Assembly: GCA_016212885.1 (NCBI GenBank)
Contig: JACRDO010000016.1
Coordinates: 8,255 to 72,254, forward strand
Origin: Elusimicrobiota bacterium
GTDB taxonomy: Bacteria > Elusimicrobiota > Elusimicrobia > UBA1565
DNA length: 64,000 nucleotides
Direction: 5' to 3'
In this document: in pieces, positions 26,138 through 33,300 of the stretch
How the letters are laid out: each line of letters opens with the position of its first letter
How positions within the stretch are numbered: the first letter of the stretch is position 1
Translations under genes and position numbers: made by a program
The notes under the pieces: model-generated
Told to the model about the DNA's origin: nothing
Database searches by the model: none
The model's input: the letters and a program-made list of their open reading frames with translations, nothing else

Positions 26138-28123
26138 CTAGGTCGCGGGACTCTCCTTCATTTGCGCCTTATAGCTGTCCAGCCAAGACCTCAGGCTCGG
26201 GTCCGGATTGTAGGAAAGGGCCTTCTCATAGTACATCAGGGCCTCGGGGATGCGGCCCATCTGGAAAAGCTCGGACCCGAGGTATTGGCAGGCCTGCCAG
26301 AGGTCCGGATCGTGCTCGATGGCCTGGCGGAAGCACCGGACCGCCTCGTCGAGGTTGCCGGCCTCGTGCTGCTCGAGGCCCGCGTCGAAGCAGCGGCGGG
26401 CCTCGGCGGCATCGATCCGCGCCGTCTCCTCGGACTTGCTCGGCGCAGCCGGCTCGGCCGCAGATTCCTCCTTGCGGCCCGCCGGACGGCGGGACGACGT
26501 CGCAAGGACGTCTTGGAAGCCCTCGTCCTCAACCTTCGGCCGCACCGCGACCTTGCCGTCCTTCTCCATGGCCTTGATCTTGTCCAGGATCTTCGTGCGC
26601 TCGTCCTCGGCTTGCGCCGGCGTGACGCCCTGGGAGTACTCCATGGACTCCTTGAGCAGAGAACCGGCGCCCTCCGACATGTTGGCGAAGAACTTGCTGG
26701 CCACGTCCGGCGGCGCTCCCATCAGCGCGCGGGCCATATCGTCCGGCTGGAGCTCCCGGATGATGGTCTGCATGTCGCGGTCCGGGAAGTTCGCGATATC
26801 CTCGAAGAGCAGGACCCTCTTGCGGACGCGCTCGTAGACGGCGGGTTTCTCGTTCTTCAGGTATTCCAGGATGTTCGCCCGCGTCGGCGTATCGGCTTCT
26901 TCCAGCATCTGCGTCAGGCGCTCTATGCCGCCGACCAAGAAATTAACGCTCTCCTTGATGTCGGAATCGATGGCCGCCACCTGCTCGCGCGTGCACTGGC
27001 GGACCATCAAGGCCTCCATCGCCACCTTGGCCTGCATCCCGACCGGCAAGGCCATGAGAACCTGCCGGGCGTACTCGGGCCGGAGATAGCTCAGAACGAC
27101 CGCGATGAGCCACGGCTCCTCGCGGCGAAGCAGGAACAAAATGACCAGGCGCTTGAGGTTCGTCTCGTTGATGTAGGAGAACCATTGCGACATATCTTCC
27201 TCCTCGGAAGCCGGCGGCTTCTGGCCGAACATGACATCCAGCTTCCCCTCCCCCGGCCCTCCCGCTCCTCCCGCTCCTCCCGCGCCGCCTTTGCCTTCCC
27301 CCTCCGGAGGCTCGATGTTCGACTCCACGTTGATCTGGGCGGCGGGCTTCTGGGCGATGGCCTCCACGTACCTGCGCATGAAGCCCGCGAACGGGAAGAA
27401 AAGGAATAGGAGCAGGAGAAGCAGGAGGGCCGCGTAGAGCAGGGGCAGGTAGACTTTGGGCTCCTTGAGGTCGTCCATCCAGTTCTTGTCCGCGGCCGCG
27501 GAGGACTGATGGTACTTCATCTTCTTGAAGGCGACGTCGTCGGGCACGAGCTTGGCGGCGCCGCCGGCGTCCTTGTACTTGGCCATGGCCTCGACGATGA
27601 AATCCCGAACGTCCTTGATCTTTTTGTCGTCCACCCGGCTGTCGTGGAAGACCGTCACCTTGAGCTTCCTGAACACCAGGTCCTGGGCGTAGTACTCCTC
27701 CTGCTCGGACTTCGTCTGCGACGCGGACTGCCCCACAGCCGCCTCGGGCCTGGGCTTGGCGGTGATGTTGGTGATGTTCTTGGGAGTCGGGACCCCCGGC
27801 AGGGCCCATTCTCTCCCCATCCCCTGCCCCTTCTCGCCCTTCTCTTTGTACTTCTCGGCGATGCCGGCGCCTTCCTTGGCGTTTTCGCGGCGCTGGGCTT
27901 TGACCTCGATCTCCACGTCGGCGAAGACCGTTCCCTTGTCCTTGCCGAGCATGGGGTCGAGGATGTCCTTCTGGATTCGCGCCTCCGCGTCCTTGATGAT
28001 GTTCTCGCGCCACTCGATGAGGGTCAGCTTGGGGGTCTCCAGGACATCCAGGGATGCGCCGCGGCGCGCCGGAGCGGCAAGGGCGAGCGCGGCCAGCGCG
28101 GATATAACAAGTCTTTTTGTCAT
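26138..28123 (-). CDS. mini-FliF / FliG(middle+C-terminal) / TPR fusion protein (rotor-like)
   Basis: 661 aa.
- Signal/TM1.
- A periplasmic region of about 200 aa with ring-building-like beta strands (GTVFADVEIEV, FRKLKVTVFHD).
- TM2 (aa 224-248).
- A Gly-rich linker.
- FliG_M-like REEPWLIAVVLSYLRPEYARQVLMALP.
- FliG_C-like VLLFEDIANFPDRDMQTIIREL...FFANMSEGAGSLLKESME...ILDKIKAMEKDGKV.
- C-terminal TPRs (LDEAVRCFRQAIEHDPD, ALMYYEKALSYNPD). Confidence 0.75.
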   Translation of the reverse strand: MTKRLVISALAALALAAPARRGASLDVLETPKLTLIEWRENIIKDAEARIQKDILDPMLGKDKGTVFADVEIEVKAQRRENAKEGAGIAEKYKEKGEKGQGMGREWALPGVPTPKNITNITAKPRPEAAVGQSASQTKSEQEEYYAQDLVFRKLKVTVFHDSRVDDKKIKDVRDFIVEAMAKYKDAGGAAKLVPDDVAFKKMKYHQSSAAADKNWMDDLKEPKVYLPLLYAALLLLLLLFLFFPFAGFMRRYVEAIAQKPAAQINVESNIEPPEGEGKGGAGGAGGAGGPGEGKLDVMFGQKPPASEEEDMSQWFSYINETNLKRLVILFLLRREEPWLIAVVLSYLRPEYARQVLMALPVGMQAKVAMEALMVRQCTREQVAAIDSDIKESVNFLVGGIERLTQMLEEADTPTRANILEYLKNEKPAVYERVRKRVLLFEDIANFPDRDMQTIIRELQPDDMARALMGAPPDVASKFFANMSEGAGSLLKESMEYSQGVTPAQAEDERTKILDKIKAMEKDGKVAVRPKVEDEGFQDVLATSSRRPAGRKEESAAEPAAPSKSEETARIDAAEARRCFDAGLEQHEAGNLDEAVRCFRQAIEHDPDLWQACQYLGSELFQMGRIPEALMYYEKALSYNPDPSLRSWLDSYKAQMKESPAT

Positions 28124-28133
28124 GCGCGACTAA

Positions 28134-28162
28134 AGTGTAAAGCTAATATGTTACGTTTTCAA
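28134..28162 (-). promoter_or_regulatory. putative sigma70 promoter of the rotor-stator cassette
   Basis: The minus strand reads TTGAAA (28157-28162), a 17-nt spacer, then TACACT (28134-28139), in the only AT-rich pocket upstream of the ATG at 28123. The -10 ends only 10 nt before the ATG, so the mRNA would be nearly leaderless. Confidence 0.3.
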
Positions 28163-28166
28163 TACA

Positions 28167-28252
28167 AGCCGCCGAGACGGGCGAAGCCCGTCGAGTGCTC
28201 TTTTGGAAACATGAGACAGAAGCTGAGGCGGCATATGGGAGCCTTCTCGACG
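28167..28252 (+). repeat. intergenic repeat A, copy 1 (GC hairpin + TTTTGGAAACATGAGACAGAAGCTGAGGCGG tail)
   Basis: About 86 nt, identical to 28300-28385 except for one base. Hairpin GACGGGC-GAA-GCCCGTC at 28176-28192. Confidence 0.85.
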
Positions 28253-28299
28253 GAATGTTTCCAAAATACCCGCGATTCGCTGCGCTCATCGCGGGGGAC
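28251..28299 (-). repeat. intergenic repeat B, copy 1 (hairpin CCCGCGAT/ATCGCGGG + TATTTTGGAAACAT on the minus strand)
   Basis: 49 nt, identical to 28450-28498. Confidence 0.85.
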
Positions 28300-28385
28300 A
28301 GCCGCCGAGACGGGCGCAGCCCGTCGAGTGCTCTTTTGGAAACATGAGACAGAAGCTGAGGCGGCATATGGGAGCCTTCTCGACG
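28300..28385 (+). repeat. intergenic repeat A, copy 2
   Basis: See copy 1. There is a single A/C difference in the hairpin loop region. Confidence 0.85.
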
Positions 28386-28451
28386 TCCCAAACATCAAAG
28401 ATACGTTCGTTTGGGACGTCCCGAACCTAAGCCGTTTGGGTGTTCGGGACG
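28384..28451. repeat. twin 10-bp-stem hairpins sharing a central GGGACGTCCC
   Basis: CGTCCCAAAC (28384-28393) pairs with GTTTGGGACG (28409-28418). CGTCCCGAAC (28417-28426) pairs with GTTCGGGACG (28442-28451). Each has a 15-nt loop. Same motif family as 3540-3737. Confidence 0.75.
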
Positions 28452-28458
28452 GAATGTT

Positions 28459-28494
28459 TCCAAAATACCCGCGATTCGCTGCGCTCATCGCGGG
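28459..28494 (-). terminator. rho-independent-type terminator of the PorV-like gene (repeat B, copy 2)
   Basis: 8-bp GC stem (28468-28475 with 28487-28494) and an 11-nt loop, starting 3 nt after the TAG at 28498-28500. On the minus strand it is followed by TATTTTGG. Confidence 0.6.
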
Positions 28495-28497
28495 GGA

Positions 28498-30084
28498 CTA
28501 GAGCCGCTTGAGGAACTCGGCGACGACCTTGTCGGTCGGGTCGATCTCCAGGACACGCTTCCAGACGGCCTTGGCCTTGGCCTTCTCCTCCATCATGAAG
28601 AAGGCCGAGCCCATGATCTCCAAGGCCGTGATGTTGTTCGGCTCCAGATCGAGGACGTCCTGGGTCCGGCGGATGGCGAGGTCGTACTTGCCGTCGTAGA
28701 TGGCCTGGCGGGCGTCGTAGAGCTTCTGGTCCACAAAGGTGAACTGCTCGGGGCCCTCGACGCGGCGCGTCATCTCGCTCACGCCGGCCTCCTTCTCCAC
28801 CAGGTTCAAGAGCCCCAGGACATTCTCCTCTTTGGAATTCTTGTTGTAGGCGTAGCGCAGGGCGTTGACCGAGCCGCGCAGGTCCCGGCCATCCACGTAG
28901 GATATGACGCCCTTGCGCACGTAGGTCTGGAACTCCTCCCCGCCCAGGGCCTGGGGGACGCGGCTGACGATGATCTGGAGCCGGCTGACCATCGCCTTGA
29001 CCTGCTTGTTGTTCGGGGAGGCGTCGAGGGCCTGGTTGAGGCGCAGCGCCGCGAGCTGGAAGTCCCCCTCCTTGAAGGCTTCATAGCCCTGCTCGATGAG
29101 CAGCTTCACCTGGCCGGCCGAGCGGTCCTCGCGCGAGCGGCCGAAGCGGTACCCCACCGAGACGCGCATGCTGGCCGGGTTATCGCTGATCCCGAGCACG
29201 TGGATCCCCTCCGCGATGTCGAGCTGGAGGCGCTGGAAGCGGAAGCCGATGCCGAAATCCGTCTCCTGTATCTCCGGCGCCGCCAGGACTCCGAACCGGA
29301 AGGCGAACCACCGCGCGACCCAATACTCGCCGCCGAAGCGCCAGTTGATCTCGGCTGCCTGGGATTTCGCGATATCCATGCCCAGCAGCAGGCGCTCCTT
29401 GAAGAGGCGCAGGCTGTTGCCGATCTTTATGACGACCGGGTACTTGTCGTCCGTGTCGCCGCTCGTCATGCTGAACACGTTCTGCATCCCGACCGCAAGC
29501 CGGTAGTAGGGGCCTATGATCCGCATGACCGCGACGTCCAGGGCGTTGGTGCTGTCCGTGGAGGCGTCGAGCTGGCGGGTGACCCGCTTGAGCGAGATGC
29601 CGAACGCCGTGGTCTCCGTCGCCTCCTTGCCCCAGGAGAGGATATGGGCGCTCTGCTGGTCGCTGAATGAGTTATTCAGCGATTTGTTGAACTCGTCGAC
29701 CTTCTCGAAGCCCTTGGATGTGAGCATCGTCATTCCATATGCGAAGGTGCCTGCCATGGCCGTCGGGTGGGCGTAACCCAAGCAGTTCAGTGTGGTCTGC
29801 TCCCACAGCATCGCCGACATAAACGAGGCTTCCTTGCGCTGAAGGTAGGCTAAGCCCGCAGGGTTCCAGTACGCGGCCGTCGCGTCGTCGGCGATGGCGT
29901 AGAAGGCCCCGCCCATGCCGAGGGCTCGGGCCCCGACTCCATATTGGAGGAACTGGCCCGGCTGGCCGCCCGACTCGCCCTGGGCGAAGCGCGGGAGCGC
30001 CATTATGAAAACAAAAAGCCCGCAAGCGGCGGCGCGCGCCGCCCCCATGGGCTTGCCTGCGACTGCGTATCTATCGGCCTTCAT
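28498..30084 (-). CDS. PorV/PorQ-like outer-membrane beta-barrel protein fused to C-terminal TPR repeats
   Basis: 528 aa. Signal peptide (…GLFVFIMALPRFAQG). The hallmark GARALGMGGAFYAIADDATAAYWNPAGLAYL is that of the PorV/PorQ/UPF0164-type barrels, followed by alternating beta-strand sequence. The last 200 aa or so are TPR (FQLAALRLNQALDASPNN, YDLAIRRTQDVLDLEPNN, AVWKRVLEIDPTD). The start could instead be the Met at 30048. Confidence 0.75.
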   Translation of the reverse strand: MKADRYAVAGKPMGAARAAACGLFVFIMALPRFAQGESGGQPGQFLQYGVGARALGMGGAFYAIADDATAAYWNPAGLAYLQRKEASFMSAMLWEQTTLNCLGYAHPTAMAGTFAYGMTMLTSKGFEKVDEFNKSLNNSFSDQQSAHILSWGKEATETTAFGISLKRVTRQLDASTDSTNALDVAVMRIIGPYYRLAVGMQNVFSMTSGDTDDKYPVVIKIGNSLRLFKERLLLGMDIAKSQAAEINWRFGGEYWVARWFAFRFGVLAAPEIQETDFGIGFRFQRLQLDIAEGIHVLGISDNPASMRVSVGYRFGRSREDRSAGQVKLLIEQGYEAFKEGDFQLAALRLNQALDASPNNKQVKAMVSRLQIIVSRVPQALGGEEFQTYVRKGVISYVDGRDLRGSVNALRYAYNKNSKEENVLGLLNLVEKEAGVSEMTRRVEGPEQFTFVDQKLYDARQAIYDGKYDLAIRRTQDVLDLEPNNITALEIMGSAFFMMEEKAKAKAVWKRVLEIDPTDKVVAEFLKRL

Positions 30085-30246
30085 GTTCGGCAGCCTGACC
30101 TCCCCGCCGCGGCGGGAATCTTGGCTTTGCGCCCCCGGCTTGCGCCGGGTTTGCCGTTATCGCCCGATGAACGGAACGCTCTCGGCGCGCGTCATCACAG
30201 CCCCGGTCCAGCGCGCCGCATCCGACATCGGGATCCTGCTATTCCA

Positions 30247-30275
30247 ATTATAACAGGCGCATCTTGACTTGTCAA
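30247..30275 (-). promoter_or_regulatory. perfect-consensus sigma70 promoter upstream of the PorV-like gene
   Basis: The minus strand reads TTGACA (30270-30275), exactly 17 nt, then TATAAT (30247-30252). This predicts a 5' UTR of about 155 nt before the ATG at 30084. Confidence 0.6.
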
Positions 30276-30276
30276 G
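30263..30276. promoter_or_regulatory. 14-nt palindrome overlapping the -35 box (operator-like)
   Basis: CTTGAC-TT-GTCAAG has perfect 6-nt arms and covers the -35 hexamer. Confidence 0.4.
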
Positions 30277-30298
30277 GCCTACGAGCAGGCTTGCATGT

Positions 30299-30362
30299 CC
30301 CGCCTCAGCTTCTGCCTCATGTTTCCAAAAGACCCGCGATTCGCTGCGCTCATCGCGGGGGG
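30299..30362 (-). repeat. chimeric repeat: B-type hairpin joined to A-type tail
   Basis: The minus strand reads CCCGCGAT-loop-ATCGCGGG, then TCTTTTGGAAACATGAGGCAGAAGCTGAGGCGG. The hairpin is identical to repeat B. The tail matches repeat A with 2 mismatches. Confidence 0.8.
30323..30359 (-). terminator. rho-independent-type terminator of the giant gene
   Basis: Stem 30333-30340 with 30352-30359, starting 3 nt after the TAG at 30363-30365, followed on the minus strand by TCTTTTGG. Confidence 0.6.
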
Positions 30363-33300
30363 CTAATGTATAACCCCGATCTTCCTGATCGCGGTCTTGG
30401 AGCCGGCCTTGATGCGCGCGATGTAGCCGCCCTTCGACACCAGGCGGCCCATCCCGTTGCGGCCGTCCCACGGGACTTCGTTCTTGCCGACCCTGCCGCC
30501 AGGCGTCCCCTTAGGGCATGATATCGAGCGGACCACGTAGCCGAGCAGGTCGTAGATCGTGATGGTCACGTCGGAGTCCTCGCCGAGGACGTAGACGATC
30601 TTGGTCCCGCCGCTGCGTGAATCGAAGGGGTTGGGGTAGTTCGACACCTGGGTGATGCCCGGTTCCGGCAACGTCATCACCGAGATCGACTCAGTTTCAG
30701 CGGACCACGAGGAAGCGACGCCCGCGTAGTTGAACGCCCGCACGCGGTAGCTGAGCAACTGGCCCGACTGGCGCGGCTGCTCGGCCGGGTTGCTTGCCGG
30801 GTTGCCGACGTGGTAGGCGTTGTTGGCCACCCCGCCGGTCTTCACGGCCGTGATCGCGCCGAGGGAATGCCAGACCGGGTCGGTGCCGCTCAGCTCCTGG
30901 ATCTCGTAGAGCATCACGTTGGATTCGTCGTCGCGCGAGGCGTTCCAGGTCACGACGAAGCTCGCGCCGGAGGCCTGCCCCGGCGGCACCAGCGACCGCA
31001 CCGCGGCCGGAGAGGTGGGCGGCGTGGTGTCGATCCGGTAGATGATGAGGGGCCGGCCGGACTCCGACGGGATGTAGCCTGTCGGCGCGCTGACGGGGCC
31101 CGTAAAGGCGCGCACCGAGACGAGGGCCATGCCGTCCGAGACGAGCTCTCCGGCCAGGTGCTGCTGCGGCAGTGTGCCCAAGCACCCGCGGCCGGTGGCG
31201 CCCGGGCACCCGATCTGGCCCGGCAGGACCTGGAACTCCGTGTTGCTCACGCGCAGCGCGCCCACGATCTCCGAGCCGATGACGAGCTTGCCCTGGTTGA
31301 AGAAAATCGAGGTATCCTCGACCTTGATCGAAGCGTCGCTCGGCCCGAAGGGCTGCGCCAGGCGGGTGATCTTCGGCACCGGCAGGGCCAGGCCGGTCAG
31401 GGTCCCCGAGGTCACCGAGCCGACGTTCCTCCAGCCGAAGGTGAAGGACTCGTACTTCTCGAAGCTCTCCCCCACCGCGATCTGATAGCCCGTTATGCCC
31501 TGCGTGGAGGAGGGGATCGGCCACGAAAGCCCGAGGCTCGTGCTGTTCGAGTTCCAAGCGGACATCGCCAGGCCCTGGTCCGAGATCGGCATGGCTTTGC
31601 CGTCCTTGTCAACGATGAAGTACACCGGGTTGCCCTTGCCGTCGTCGACCACCTTGTCCGGGATGTTGTCGTTATTGATGTCCAAATCCAGCAGGCCGTC
31701 GCCGTCCACGTCCACCGAGGGCTTGTCCGAGCCGATGAGGCTGATGAACTGCCGGCGCCCGGTGTTCAGGAAGTCGAAGTTGTCCGGCGAGCCGTCATTG
31801 TTGATGTCCACGAGCGGCTCATTCACCGCGGGCTGGCCCGGCGCCGCGGCCAAGGCGGAGGCGCCCGAGGACTTCCACGGCTTGCCGTCCTTGCCGATCC
31901 ACTTCAACGAGTCGCAGACCGGGCGGCCGGTTTCCGTGGAAATCTTGACGCGGCCGGCTCCATCGCGCTTGACGATGCAGGGGTAGCCGAAGCACGGCGA
32001 GCCGGAGCCCTTGCAGGGATGGGTTCCGTCTTCGCCGACGTCCGCGATGGTGATGGTCGGCAGGATCGAGGAGAGCGGGATGATCGCCGTCGAGATGCGC
32101 ACCAGGCTCGATCGGGCCGGGAACTGCTTCTCGTTGGATGAATGGGAGGCCGCGGTCAGCTCGGAGGAGTTGGGCCCGAACATGTCCTCGAAGCGCTCGA
32201 TCGAGAAGCCGATCTGGTCCCCGATCGTGGCGCGGCCCGCCAGGTCCACCGTCGAGACGTCGCAGGCGAAGAAGACGTTGACCGGCGTCGTCGTCACCAT
32301 GAGGAAGGGGACGCTGGAGACGCTCAGGTCCACGAGGGCGGTCCCGCCGCTGAACTGCCCAGAACCGCCCGGGAAGCCGAAGTGCGTCAGGGCGCCGATC
32401 AGCTTGTCGCTGTTGGGCGTGAAGGCGCTGTCCCCGTTGTCAAGCCAGACGCTCAAAGATCGGGCGTCGCCCTGCCCGACGGCCGTGACCGGATACCTCT
32501 CCTGGACCGTGCCCAATTGGGTCAGCTTGAGCTGGGCGATGCGCACGAAGTCCGAGTTGACGCTCATCGTCACCTGCCCCAGCGCCACGTTGGTCTGGCC
32601 GCCCATCGCAGCGGAGGGCGCGAGGTTGCGCGACTCGAACCTCAGCGTCAGCGGGGTGATGTGGACCTTCGAGCCCCTGAACGGGAACTCGCCGGTCATA
32701 GTCCCCCTGGCCTGGAGCTTCGAGACGTTCAGGCGGATGCCGGGGGAAACGTCCTTGGGCGCGAGGACCCCGACCCAGGACTTGTCGATGATATCGACGG
32801 AGAGCTCGTCGTTCTTGACGGCCGTGGCGCCGACGTCGTAAGTCAGGAAGAAGACGCCGGCCGTCGGCGAGATCGTCTGCTGGACCGAGAGCTCGACGAC
32901 CAGCTGGAGGTCCTGGTCGTTGAGCTGGTTGAAGACGTCCACCTTGCGCACGCCCGCGCCGGCCGCGTGGGCGAGCGTGGGCGTGGGCCCGCCGCCCAGG
33001 ACGTCGCCGCGCGATAAGATCGCCAGGGTCGGGTAGAGCGCGCCGCCGATCTGCGTCGTGCCGTAGCCGCCGCCGAAGGTCATCAGCTCGGTGTTCCCCA
33101 CGTAGATGCGGCCCTGGCCGTTTACGGGGAATCCCAGCGTGGAAGCGACGACCAGTGTGAAGGGCGCCGTCTGGTTGGAGGAGACGGCGCCGTAGGGGGG
33201 CAGGGTGGAGCCGGAGATGACCAGGGTGTTCGCCTCCGAGACGTTGAGGTCGTTCTCGTCTAAGACGTCGTTCTGGTTGATATCCTTCCAGAGGCGCACG

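Noticed and set aside
24440-27409. Plus-strand ORFs 24440-25435 (331 aa) and 25445-27409 (654 aa)
   Set aside because: They are Ser/Ala/Arg-rich antisense translations of the coiled-coil and rotor genes, with no motifs.
21836-28123. An ordinary flagellar locus
   Set aside because: Only rotor/stator-type genes are present in 64 kb. The switch-binding motif is degenerate and the flanks are housekeeping genes. I cannot exclude other flagellar loci elsewhere, so this is kept as a hypothesis under findings.
28167-28498. Possible CRISPR array in the repeat-rich spacer
   Set aside because: The repeats are 86 and 49 nt, occur only twice each and are in mixed orientation, with no regular repeat-spacer periodicity. 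There are no cas genes in the window.
28143-30471. Small minus-strand ORFs sharing the peptide RDERSESRVFWKH (28143-28391, 28159-28488, 30157-30471)
   Set aside because: The shared peptide is simply the translation of the repeated hairpin/TTTTGGAAACAT DNA module. The ORFs overlap terminator hairpins and a promoter.
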